Source: Schmidtea polychroa (taxonomy: Eukaryota). From it: a stretch of DNA of 64,000 nucleotides. The notes under the pieces were generated by a model. That model saw only the letters and a list, made by a program, of their open reading frames with translations, made no database searches and was not told the origin of the DNA. The stretch spans positions 45,818,001 to 45,882,000 of the forward strand of contig CM097888.1 of assembly GCA_044892525.1 (NCBI GenBank). The letters are read 5' to 3'. Position numbers and translations under genes: made by a program. Shown one piece after another: positions 46,985-60,009 of this stretch. Each line of letters starts with the position of its first letter. Position 1 is the stretch's first letter.

Positions 46985-49916
46985 CAATTAAATTTATGTG
47001 AATAATAAAATATATATTGTGAATTGTTTGACTTAGTTAATTAAAATGTGTTTTATCATTTAATTATTCATTTGTCCAATTAATTTAGATAATTAGTTTC
47101 AAGTAAGAAATATTATTTTTGTGTTTATTTTATTTATTTATTTATTTTTTCCGAAATATTAATATCCAGTTTATCTAAAATTAACTCAGCGTTTTATTTT
47201 ATAATAAATTAAATAATTTCTAATTAAAATTTATTCAAATTGAATAATTACTAATTAAATAATTTCTAATTAAAATTTTATTCAAATTGAATAATTACTA
47301 ATTAAAATTTTATTCAAATTGAAATATTATCGTTATAATTTACCTCTTGTTAGNNNNNNNNNNNNNNNNNNNNNNNNNNNNNNNNNNNNNNNNNNNNNNN
47401 NNNNNNNNNNNNNNNNNNNNNNNNNNNNNNNNNNNNNNNNNNNNNNNNNNNNNNNNNNNNNNNNNNNNNNNNNNNNNNNNNNNNNNNNNNNNNNNAATAA
47501 AATAATTAATTAAGAAAATTAAAAAGAAAAAAAAATAAATAGAAGTAATTAAATAAAATTAAAAAATAAATAAATTAATTAAAAAAAAAATAATAATAAT
47601 AATAATAATAATAATTAAATAGCGTAAGTAATTAAAATAAAATATTAATAAACTAATAAATTAATTAAATGTAATAAATTAAAATAAAACATAATAAAAT
47701 AATTAATTAATAAAATTAAAATGAAAAAAAAAAAAAAAAATTAAAAAGAAGTAATTAAATAAAATGTTAATTAAAAAAAAAAATGATTCGATTGACCTAT
47801 ATTTGATCTGGACATTGGGATGACCTTGAAAGTGTCCTGGAGTCCTTACTATTCACTACTATTGTTAACATAATCATAAACATAGAACTGATTAATATAT
47901 TAAAATAAGTAAAACCAACATCACATATACAACATATTTCTACAAGTTCATTGTCATTATTACATAAGAAAGAAAAACTATGTATATTTTAAATAGCGTA
48001 TTTAAAAAATTTTAAGAATTCATAAACCAATTAGTTATTTTTTTCTTAATTAAACAATTTAAAATTTAAGAAAATATATTTTGTTTAAAATTTTAAATGA
48101 TTTGAAATTTTAATAAATAGTGTTAAAACATTCTGGTTTATTGAATTTTATTTTATTTTACTTTTAAAAGAATTACATATTAATAAATATATTGATGATG
48201 TATGTAATGAGAATATATTGGGAACTATGTAACTAAAGTTCAGAAAGAAGTTCTTAGTGTAATTCAAATTTATGATAGTGCTTTGAATTTAAATCAAAAG
48301 GAAAAAATGCAATGTATGGGAATAATATTTGGATTTTATTCTCACATTTTTTTAACAGTTTCACAATATTATTTTTTCGATATTTCATTCAAATTATATT
48401 TCATTCATATTATAAAATATAAAAACATAAAATTATCAAACTGTAACATTTGTGTTGTTAATGCATAATTTTCAATAGAACTGGTTAATTAGAAACAATT
48501 TTGTTGTAATATTTTTTATCCATATTTTGCCGTGTATTTAGGGAAATGTACACAACAAGAAAAACCTTGTTACGTAGATATAATAAATTTTTTAACGTTC
48601 GATTTCTCCCGATCACCTTTGGCGTCCCTTCTAACTTAACACTCATGTGTTTACAGCATTTTGCATATTGATTTTCGGATCCAATGAAATCCGCTTATAT
48701 ATTTATTAGAATTTTAATTATAGTTTGATTAAATTTTTGATAGTAAAAAGGTCTTCCATGTATTTTGATTTAATAAAAATATTTCGATTACTTTATTCGA
48801 AATCGCAAATTTTTGTTAAATTTGTAGAAAAATAAATTATTTCTATTCAGAAGTCAGCTATGATATTTTTAACAAGGGGCTCGATCTTTTTTTCCTTGAG
48901 AATCGTATGAACTAGTACCCTAGTAACGTGTCACTGCGACTGACATAAAAAACAAAATAATGTTAATTAAATGGTTTATTTTACACAAAAATCGTCGCTT
49001 TACAAATGTATGTAATGAAAACGATTTCAAGATATTATATTTTGTTTTTGAAAAATTAGTTACCAAGAAGAACAGGGGCTCGCAAATCATAGAATGATTT
49101 AATAAAGGCCTCCTATAGCTCTAGCTCACCACTATTCCTATTCATATAATTATTCTAATCCGCGGACCCTCCTGTAGGCCTAACCAATTTATAATTTTAA
49201 TTTATTTTTAAATAACTACAGTATGATTGTAACTATTTATTTTAAATAAAAAAATCAATTAAATTAATAACATTGTAAATACTACATTTTTATAATTTAT
49301 AAATTGCTTAATTTCCAATAGGTTCATTTGACCTAGTTAAATACTATTGTGACCTAGTATAAATGTTGTTATAAAATTCAATATAGTCTAAATTTTTATA
49401 AGAGCATGCCATATATAATTTATTGATGAACAGTTTATGTACAAATGCAACAGTTCAGTTCAATACCTACACAAAGACAATACAGATAATACTGAAATAA
49501 TACGCCTGAAAAATTAGACCAATAGACAAATCTTCAAATAAATTAAAATAAATAATGTACAAATTTTCAAATTAAATTTTTTTTTAATCAATTTCATTAA
49601 AAATTCTTTATTGCCGATTTTTCTGGCTCAACCATTTTCAAATCACAGATTGAAAGTCAAATTTTTACGCATAATAAAAAAACTATCTGAAAAAATCGTT
49701 ATTATTGTATTAATTAAACACCCAATTTCAACATGGCAGCTTTTCATGGATTAAAATTTCATCGTTTCAATAGTAAATCTACTATTTGTACTAAAACATT
49801 AAATGAAAATTAACATGAACGAAACAGATTTCATAGTAGAAATAAATACTTCAATATCAAACAATTCATCAAATACTAATAAATTTGAGAGAAAAATAAT
49901 ACAATTAACATAATTC

Positions 49917-52900
49917 TTATTCCGACTTCATCGGAATTTCGATCTGATTAAAGCTATTGACTTGTAATTCTCTATCAAAATCTGTTGAAAAATTTGTACA
50001 TTCTATTTCGATAGTTTGGACTTTACTTTCTTCAGCTTCATTTGTATTGCCATTGTATGAAATATGGCTTGTGTCTAAACTGTTTGTTTCATCGGTTTCC
50101 ATTTCTTCATAGCTGTTGCTTTCCATTTTGATTTCCATTTGATTTACAATATTCAGAGGACATGACAAAATCACGGGTGGTTCCGTAGTGTCGATTTTCA
50201 ATTTTTGGTCATCACTTTCCATGCTGTCTTCATTTAATGAACTTGTTTCACTGCGCGATATCTCTTGGGAAATTGAAGTCATGTTACCTACAAAAATGAA
50301 AATACAATCTGATGCATTAGAAATTGCCATGCATCCGAATAATGTTGTCAAAAACTAGATTTAATAATTCGAAAATGGCTAATCCCATTTCTATTGACCC
50401 GATTAAAACACTATATTGAATGTATAATAATAACATGGACAATAAAATAATTTTTCATTACCAAATTTATTTAGATAGTATTACATAAAACATACAAATT
50501 ATTTAATGATTCAAAAATGTTTAAATATTGAAATCTATATTTATATTTATGCTAAATGATAAGCTAAAAACAATATATAGAATATCATATATAAAAAAAA
50601 TGATATTTTTAGGTCTATACTTAATTAATGGATCTGCTAGACATTAGTTCTTTCAGAAAAATATGCATAAATTTAAATTTATATTTCACTACACTTATGC
50701 ATATCACATTGGCTGCTATGAGGTATTCGGACCTTGGCGAAGGTATGGCTTGGAGGTCAGAAGGTAATCACTTGGGTAGACCACACTTTAAATAATAAAA
50801 ATATTCTAGATTATGAATGCTTAGTATCTCAGTTTCCTCTAATGGTTGGCATTCAATATGGATACATAGACAAAAGGGCGAAAACAGAAAAGTTAATTCA
50901 GAATAGACCAATTAAACTTCCCCAGCTGATATCTGGAATGTATATTATTCAGTTATTTCTGAAAATAGAAAGGCGATCGATGTTGAAGAATGAAATTCAA
51001 GATTCAGGGGGATGATACATAGTCCAAATGCAACTATTAGACGCTATAGCATTAAACTTTTCACTCATAATTCCAAAAATTATTTCATAACGTTTTAATT
51101 TTTATTAAAACAATAATTTTTGAAACAATTACTAATATATATTATAAAGGTCCAGGTCACTCACTCACTCATTCACTGATTCTGTAACGCTCAATGCTTA
51201 CTATGATTATTTAAAAAAATTATAATTATATCATTAACAATATTAAGTAGTCATTATTAGTTTATTATCTAACGTAAACCAGAATTGCCTTAATTTTCAG
51301 TTTTGATTTAAAAAGTCTGAAATTATTGAAAATCGGCACATTTCTTTGTCAAAAAGATTTCACTATATATTCGGTAAGACAAATTAAATTTTATTTCTTT
51401 CGAACCCTAAGTCTATTGATGATTTTTTAAGTCATCGACAATTACCTATCATTCCAGTATACGCAATAACGATCAACAAGAGCCAAGGACAGTCATATGA
51501 TTACGTCGACATAAGTCTTCAAACTTCAGTGTTTTCGCATGGGTAATTCTATGTCGCAACATCCCGTTTTCGAAATGCAAATGAAGTCAAGATCAAAATT
51601 GAGCCAAATCCTCAACAAAGTCATTTACTCAACGGCAATCGTATTTTCACTCGCAATATTGTGTATAGAGAAATTTTGTAATAAATAAGTCATTCTTATG
51701 AACTGAAAATTAATTACTCATTCTTTTCGAACACACTGATTCGAACGCATGCAATAAGATTCACGTAAAGGACTTGGGATTTTGTAAAATAAGGGCGCCG
51801 TAGGCTCCCGAGAAAAACCTAGTTATTTAATATCGAAAATACAAATTTCAGTCATCATAAAAACTGAATAATGTAAAACTTTTTTATTTAAAAAAATAAC
51901 TCCTATATAAATAATAAAATAATTTTAAAATTTTATGTTTTTTAAATTTTTTACCTCATAGTGATAATTTTTAAGTTTTTAGAATTTAATATCAAGTGGA
52001 CAATGAAATATTACATACTCAGTTGTAATCTGGAGATATTGTCCGCATTTGTCCAGTATCCCCCCTCCTATTAATTTTTTTATTTTCAAATTTGATCTGA
52101 CTATAAATCCTGGTTCTAGAATGTAATATTTGAATGCTCTTCTAATTTTAAATGTTAAATGTAAAACTAATTTAATATTGTATATTGTCCGGGGGGGATA
52201 CTGGACAAGTGGTAATTTGTCAGATTACATAGCGAATATTTTAAATAAATGGTCGTATAAAACTATATGTCTATGATAATATTATTTAAGTTTAAAGAAA
52301 TTTTATTATATGGTTTTAGTAATAAGGGTTTTAGTTTTAGTTTTGATATGCTCTCATTATTAATTTATTTTTATTACTATTTTATTTTTATGGACACAAA
52401 ATCATAACGGATAAAATGGCCACAATTTTGTATGTGAAAATAAAATAAAATGAACGTAATAAAAATTTTTCAAAGGCAATAAGAACAATTCATGAACATA
52501 AAAAAATTTCCAGACAAAGTTATTTTCAATTATTTTATGGGGCAGATTGAGAAACAAGAAATTCTGCTAGGAATCTATCTCCATAAATGTTATACTTCGA
52601 AATGTCTTAATTTTCATAGTATTTTTGAGAAACCATGTTATTAATGTTTTCAATTGAAACAGAACCCCGTTTAATCAAAATTCCATAATTTATGGTTTCT
52701 TGAGGTAGTGGCTTAAGATTCCCGCCTCTTATGTACAGAACACTTGTTAAAATGTTCCTCGGACTAATTAACCTTGATGCATTATCCTTAAAATCGCTAT
52801 AAATCTTAATGTGGTCATCTTGAAGATATGGAGCAAGACTTCATGAATCATAATTAGAATAAGATCAAGCGACTAAGGAGAATAAGACAAACATTTATTG

Positions 52901-55900
52901 TTCTATATTATTTATTTCTGCAATTTTTTGAGTTATGAACTATTTTTAACTTTATGGATAAATAATGTAGAGCAATTAATATTTTCCTTATTCTACGTCT
53001 TTTGACCATTTATAATAAACCCTAATTATAAATAAATTATATATGAAATTAAATGAAATAACACTATTATGAATCATAATAACACTATTAAAATTAAAGG
53101 TTATACTAATAGACAAGAAACCCCATATATCTAAACGGGGGACCGGACAAAGCCACACAGGGGAAACCCGCGCTGACATTGCCCCACGTCTTATATGACT
53201 TACATATAATCGTCAACGTTTTAATGCATGTATGTTTGCTTGATGAACTCTAAAAGTCTAGATTCTCCGATTATGTTGTTGTTTATTATTTATCTCAATG
53301 ATATACAGTGAAACCTCCCTAATAGGACCACCCTTGGTTCCGGACCAAAAGTGGTCTTTACTAGAGGTGGTCCTATTAGAGAGGATTTTATTTTTATAAA
53401 GAAAACTAGACTTAAATTGAAGATTTTATTATAAAAACTCATCTAATGTCGTTTGTCTCTTCGATTTGGCTTCACTGTTGATAATTGTGCGGTAAACACA
53501 TGTATTATATATAAATTTCCATCAACAAATCTTTCAGTTATTATTGTTACTTAAATTTATTACAAATTGTATTTATTAAAGAGCTTGACTATGGATCATT
53601 AAATACAATGTCAATGGAAAATAGATAAGTGGTGAAATTTTAAAAAAAGTTCTTATAATTATATTACAAATTAAAAAAAAACGGATAATGAACAAAATCC
53701 GACACAAATGACAGTCTACTAATATTTCCATGTGGTAATATTTGGAAGGAATAGGTTTATTAAAATAAAGTAAGTGTGGACCTACGTATATATCTATCTA
53801 TAAATTTAAACCCTATTTTCAACTCAAAACATTTATTCTTATAGAAAATGAATTGATCAAATTATAGAGAAGCATACGGTTCTCCTTTCAAAAATAATGA
53901 AATACGAGTTTTGATAAATTTTCCAAATTCAAATTTAACTTACATCCAAGAATACTATTGACAATTTTCTGGGTCTGAGCATCATTTGACATGTTATCTG
54001 ATCCTGAAAACCATGGTTGTTTACGATTTCCTTCAGGTCCTTTCCGAGCTCTCATCAAATCTTTATATTCTGAAATTCTCAATCGGCGCCCATCAACAAT
54101 GCAAGTTCGTTTAGGTCTAGGTCGATAGCGATATTCTGGATGTTGTTCCATATGTTGTCTACTAAGACGAGATTGTTCTTCATAATATGGTTGTTTATCA
54201 GCAGCTGTCATTGATTTCCATTTCTGGCCAAGAAGTTTTGATATATTGCTATTGTGCATATCCGGACAAGCCTAAATTCAAGCATTTTTATATAACTCCA
54301 TCTTTTAAATGTACTTTTAAAATTTTTCTCCTTTCTTCTCTTGCCCAAACCATGAAAGCATTCATTGGTCTTTTAATATGAGACGACGAAGACCTACTCA
54401 TATTATCACTTTTATCTGGATTTCGTTGGGATCTTACTATTCTCGCACCAAGTATTTTCCCATTAGAATTCTAAAAAATAAATAATAGTTATATGTTGTT
54501 TTTCCAAATGTGTTAATATTAAATCTCATAAAAATGTTTGAGGTTACATAAAAATAATAAAATGCAAATTAATCAAGAATGAAAAGGGTACATAGGAGGT
54601 GTCATCACGGGCGCTTTTACTAATAGGCAAACCTAGGCAAACCTAGGCAAACCTAGGCAAACCTAGAGGCGCCAACCGAAAAAGGACGCTTGCAATATAA
54701 TTTTCTTTGTAATTTTTTTTTCAAAATTTTTATATATTTATTGATAATTATAATTAAATTATGTAATAGAAAATAAGAATTAAACAAAATAATACTACAT
54801 TAAGATAATACACAAGATGATACATTAACATTATTTATAAGTAGTCCTTTGTTTTTTGTTTTACTGACGGTTTTTACTGATGGGTTTATAGAAGTTAAAA
54901 TGAATTAATGAATAAAAAATCAAAATTATAATATTTTTAGGATGGAAACTGGAAGCAGAAAGGTAATTAAAAAAATAAATGGATATAAAATATTTTCAAA
55001 TTGCATTTGATCCATAAGTGTAGATGTAAAAATACAAACTAATTAATTAATTAATCAAAAAAAATCTATTCCATTCATCATTGTCAGAAAGAAAAACAGA
55101 AATTAATTTTGACAATCATTGTAATCAAAATCGCATGTATAAAATTATAGGGTAATGCGTCGCGAAAATGAACAAGCAAAAATAAAAATTCTCCAATAAT
55201 GATTAATGGAGAAAGGGCATTTTAAAACTAACTAATTTAGAATGGAAATTGCCAATTTGGTCGTAGAGCTAATAGGAGCAAATTGAACAGAAACTCGTTA
55301 TTGATTTCAAGAATTTATGAAATTCGAATTATTCATTTAAATTGAAACAAAATGAGTCAAAAGTTATATTTATCTTACCAAATTAAATTGAAAAATCAAC
55401 AAAACGTAGGAATAAATATTAATTTTTGATATAAATTTCACTTGGACAAGATAAAAACCTCACAGTGGCCTTCTTCATGTTTTTGAGAATGATGAATTGA
55501 TATGTTTGACTGAGTACGAGGTGAAACTTATGATGAACTTAGATAATACCACAATTTGCGATCATCTCTGTAAAGTTGGAAAGGTCGAAAAGATGGAAAA
55601 TGAGTTCCTCACAAATTGATTTTAGAATATAGTTCAAAGAACTCAATTATTTACGTTGTTATTTTAAAAGAACAAATATAAGGTATTTGTTAATTGAATC
55701 ATTTATACCGATTTTCATTAAAATATTTGGTGGTCTTCGGTCGAAATTATAAATTCCAAGATATCCTGAAACGAGCGAAACCACACCGACAGAAATTCAC
55801 CCGACAAACCTTAAAAATTAGACAATGTTGAAAAGATCTTTTAGACTTCATCGAGTCATGGAAATAATATTTCTTTCAATTTCGTATCGAGAAACTGTTG

Positions 55901-57514
55901 GAAGGTTTAATCACAGTCATTGTTGCAGATCTAATCTCATTTTAAAAACAAACAATATTATTCCTTGAATAAGTGTGCATCTCAAGTTTACGTATAATTT
56001 ATATATTATCAAAACTTAATATTTGTTTATTATAATGTCCTTATTTACTGAAAGCTACTATAAACTCCAATGTAGGATTAAGTTATCATATTTAGTCCGT
56101 CACATCAGAAATCCTATTGGACGCTCACGAGTCGCCCGTTAAGTTATAAATATTGGCAGCCAATAACAATTACTTGAGAATCGTCAGTTTCTGCACACTT
56201 GACATTGGACTCGATATTTGCATTTTTATTTTCAGAATTTGACAATTTCGTTTCTAAAATCAAATATAAATTATATATATATATTTGTAGAAAATTATAG
56301 AAAAAAGAACCCATTGGGGGATTAATTTGAATAACTCCAGTAGGGCTGGTTATTTGCGGATTACTCGAAGGAATTGCCAGTCCTTGATTAATTTGATGAG
56401 CTGATAGTCTATGTTGAACAACACCGTTAATAAGAATTTCATTGATATTTGTAATTTGGGCATTTTGTTGAGATTGTTTTTGATGATGGCTAGCAGCAAG
56501 CGCATTGTTCAATGTTGAAATAATGTTACTGAGAGCTACCATTTGGTTTGACGCAAGATCTCCATTGGCACTAGAATTTGATCCAGATGAAGTTAACGGA
56601 GTGACGACAGTAGAAAGACATCCGGCAATTGAAGGAGCAGCAATAAGATGATTCAACTGAGGAGAAAGTGTGAGAATGTTCCCGTTGTTATTGTTTGCAA
56701 TACTGGACAGTATAGTGTTGCTTGTGTTTTGTGAATTTCCCGAACAATCCTTTCTTGTAAGTATTGTTAGAGGGTTGTTGATATTTGCACTGGAGGATAA
56801 CAACGCAGTTATAGCTTGTCCGGTATTCCATGTTACCGGGATTGAACCGACCAAATGGGTGATGTTTCCCGGTGTTGTGATTGGAGAAATATTATTTATT
56901 GTAATACTCGGTTTCCCGTTTGACACGACGCAAGTTGTTCCGTTTCCATTGACACGTGACTGGTGAGCAGCGGGAGGAGACTTTATGTCACTTTCAGGGG
57001 AAACAGATTCTGATGATGGTGATTTATCTATTGAAAGATTCAAACCAATTGCTTTCTAACAAAAAGTATATTATATTATACAGTAAAACAACAATTAAGA
57101 CTCACATTTTCATTTACATAGAAATTACAGATTTCCGATTTAGGCTGGGTAAGATTTAAAGGGCTGTCGTCTTCATCAGGCTAGAATTGGAAATGAAAAA
57201 CAAACTAAGATGAGAATTTCTTTTGAAAAATTAAACAATTATACTTTTTGAACGATTTCATTTTTGATGCTAGAGATTCCTGACAATAAGCCGTCGAGGA
57301 AAACTCCAATCTCATTGGGATTTATACTTGTGGAGTTACAAATCATTTTTATCAATTGAATGATATTGCTTGTTACTACCGGGATAATATTAACATGTTG
57401 TGAGCAGTTATTGTCCTGGAAATTACTGAAAAATGTTGCCAATATTGGATTTTGGGAAATTATTTTATTAAGTGAAACTACATCGAAACCATTCCCAGAA
57501 CAATTTAATAGGTT

Positions 57515-57550
<36 letters not shown>

Positions 57551-57826
57551 ATTGTTATTATTACTGATGTTGTTGTTATTGTTTAGATTTGTTACAGCAC
57601 CGTTCAGCAGATTTTGGAGATCAATATTCGCTTGGGATATTGAAATACTTTGGCCAATACCCGTGCTAGAAATCGGGCATATAGAAGGTCGCTCGTTCGC
57701 AATCATTGAGGTTTGAAAAAGAGTAATATTAGCTCCTTGAGAACTATGTGACAAATTTGCCGTTGTGATTGGTGAATAGGAAAGAATCAGTCTGCTGGGA
57801 GGATGGACTTTACGCCGAGAAGACAT
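49917..57826 (-). CDS. SoxD: SoxD-group HMG-box transcription factor (~778 aa, 7 coding exons)
   Basis: Exons 57826-57245, 57180-57106, 57055-56311, 56253-56174, 54470-54315, 54271-53944 and 50287-49917 total 2337 nt, all phase-compatible. HMG: [22 protein letters not shown]|[48 protein letters not shown]-terminus MSSRRK; PLNLT motif. Confidence 0.9.
50700..51015 (+). pseudogene. Possible Gypsy RNase H remnant in a SoxD intron
   Basis: [15 protein letters not shown] resembles the YLxGxKFxxxTDHxxL motif. Confidence 0.3.
51130..51822 (+). mobile_element. Non-autonomous Helitron retaining the helicase C-terminus
   Basis: 5' CTAATATATATTATAAAG plus (CACT)n; [44 protein letters not shown]; 3' hairpin GGGCGCCGTAGGCTCCC then CTAG|T (51819-51822). 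5' boundary approximate. Confidence 0.88.
52049..52208. repeat. 17-bp inverted repeat pair, TIR-like
   Basis: TTGTCCAGTATCCCCCC at 52049-52065 and GGGGGGATACTGGACAA at 52192-52208. Confidence 0.75.
53306..53385 (+). mobile_element. Tigger/pogo-like terminal fragment
   Basis: TA|CAGTGAAACCTC start with internal inverted repeat CTAATAGGACCACC / GGTGGTCCTATTAG. Other end not found. Confidence 0.45.
54624..54666. repeat. (TAGGCAAACC)x4, probably a MITE subterminal region
   Basis: Direct reading of the sequence. Confidence 0.85.
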
Positions 57827-57869
57827 AAAATGATCCTGAATATTAAAAATAAATTATAATTATTAGCAA

Positions 57870-58385
57870 CTAGTATAATTCCCCGTCAAGAATGATGGGA
57901 AAAGTTAAAATGATAACTAAAATAAGGTTAATTTTTTGTAAATTTTATTTTTAAAATTTTTCAAGTAACTTAAAGTTTCGTCATTGCTTCTTTGAACTTG
58001 TCGCAAACATTCAGCTTCGAATCTGGCATGATGCTCATTTTCAGTTTCAGTTCTTCTCCTTTGAGCTGGCCTCGATCATTTTTTGACTTTCTTCTTCTAT
58101 TAATTTTTTTCTCCTTTGCCTTTGTCTAGCTGCATTCGCCTGCCTTCTAGCTTCACGTTGGTTCTGTTCTTCGCACACTCACGTTCCAGCTCCTCCGGAC
58201 TAAGACTTTTTTTGTTACTTTTTTTATTCATTCCTTAAAATAGGACCAGTTTCGATTTAATCTGATACACGTACAAACAAGCAAACAAATTAATGATGGC
58301 CAATATATTTGATTGATTTGATTGATCTGACATATGTATAAACAAACAAACAAACAAATTTATGACGGCTATTATATTATTAATT
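57870..58385 (-). mobile_element. Non-autonomous Helitron retaining a RepHel N-terminal-like fragment
   Basis: Minus strand: 5' region with (GTTT)n; frameshifted EQNQREARRQANAARQRQRRKK..ETENEHHARFEAECLRQ; 3' hairpin CCCATCA-TTCT-TGACGGG then CTAG|T at 57873-57870. Confidence 0.75.
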
Positions 58386-58892
58386 ATTAATAAATAGTGT
58401 TAGTATAATCTTTAATTATTATAATTATAATATTTTATTTCTCTTAGTGCACTTTTATGACGCTTGCATAGCTTTTCCCTTTTGAAATGGACCCTTAACA
58501 GGGAACAAGCTTTAAACAATAAACATAAAAAAATATTTAAAAAAATTAATTTAAAAATTTAATTTTAATTTAATTTCGAATACTGTAAACTATATCAAAA
58601 ATAATTTGTAATCATTTTGAGTTTATAAAATTATATTTTGCTGCTCGAATTGCTGACAGGTAGCATTAAAACATTTATAGTAACGTGCCAACTAACTATT
58701 AAATATTATGAAGTGATGGAGCCCATAGAAAATAAAGTGAAAAGAGAAACAAATATATCATATTAATTGAGAGAAAGTAGAGATGAATTTTATAAATAAC
58801 AATTTGAAATATTTTTGCTTTTGAAGTTTATTGTAAACTTCTAGATGGTTAGGGTTAGGGATTGAGTACTAGAGTATTACCATGTTGATATA

Positions 58893-59134
58893 CCGTATAT
58901 ACCACCGTATAAGTCGAGTATAATTTCAGGCTTGAAATATCTGTTTTTTTTGGACATACTATCAGCATTATTCCCTGTCAAGAACATTCCAGGAACATGT
59001 TTCCTGTTCGAAATATTGACTTAAAGTATTTTTACAAAATAAGCCTTTACAAATTCAGTGACGATACTTTTCATCGTTTATTCAGCTCTGAAAGTACTGG
59101 AAATACTTATAGAAGGCACAGTCGGTATATACAG
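58893..59134. mobile_element. pogo/Tigger-type MITE
   Basis: TA|CCGTATATACC ... GGTATATACAG|TA. Confidence 0.6.
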
Positions 59135-59967
59135 TAAGTGATATTATTTTAAGGTTTACTCCTATTAATAATAACGTATTATTATATTAAAGTGTGTTGG
59201 GATATTCAATGCAGTGACAGCTTAATTTCGAGTATTTTTGACTCTGATATAAACTATGGAAAAAAACTCGATCTCATCCTGGATAAAACCATATATCTTT
59301 CAATTAGATCCGAAAACTTACTTAAATACTATAACACTAGGTCACACCGAATATATAAATGCATTTCACATTTTTCAAATTACATTTACTTTTCGACTTA
59401 AAGGGAATTGTAAATTAAAGAAGATAATAGACGAAAAAGATAAATACTTTTTCTGATATCTTTCAAACTAACCGTATAAAAAGATCTTATCTTTGTGTCA
59501 TAAATTGGTATAAACACAATAAAAGTTTGCAGTTGTGATATTCTATGAGGTCTACTGGCCTCGTTGTAAAGTATTCAGTATTTATTACAAGAGGACTTTA
59601 ATCTATTCCCAATGGGATCGAGTTTTTTACATGGCACAAATGAAATTCGCATAAGAAATTGCATCCAATAACCGCACACTTTATTTGCATTAAGTTAGTT
59701 ATCCTACAACCATTGATTTCATNNNNNNNNNNNNNNNNNNNNNNNNNNNNNNNNNNNNNNNNNNNNNNNNNNNNNNNNNNNNNNNNNNNNNNNNNNNNNN
59801 NNNNNNNNNNNNNNNNNNNNNNNNNNNNNNNNNNNNNNNNNNNNNNNNNNNNNNNNNNNNNNNNNNNNNNNNNNNNNNNNNNNNNNNNNNNNTAAGCCTT
59901 TTGCTGCAAATAATGTATTTAATGAAAGAATTTTCGACTATACGATAGTCCTTGTCAATCTCCCCTA

Positions 59968-60009
<42 letters not shown>

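Larger units (their letters stand above)
35096..47860. mobile_element. ~12.8-kb palindromic (fold-back) Maverick/Polinton-related element encoding only pPolB
   Basis: All mirrored ORF coordinates sum to 82940; arms are reverse complements wherever checked; 35-nt loop at 41453-41487; right end ...ACTACT at 47855-47860; left terminus hidden in N-gap 34956-35095. Confidence 0.9.

Noticed and set aside
35953-46987. Antisense ORFs inside PolB (96, 62, 106 aa) and 61-aa ORFs at 40470 and 42285
   Set aside because: Shadow frames of PolB or translations of AT-rich repeats; no motifs.
43000-47000. Mitochondrial linear-plasmid or organellar origin of the PolB
   Set aside because: Standard-code ORF with GT-AG introns and a CCAAT/TATA promoter indicates nuclear expression.
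56670-57716. Plus-strand ORFs including a poly-Leu ORF
   Set aside because: Antisense of SoxD exons; poly-Leu is the reverse reading of the poly-Asn codons.
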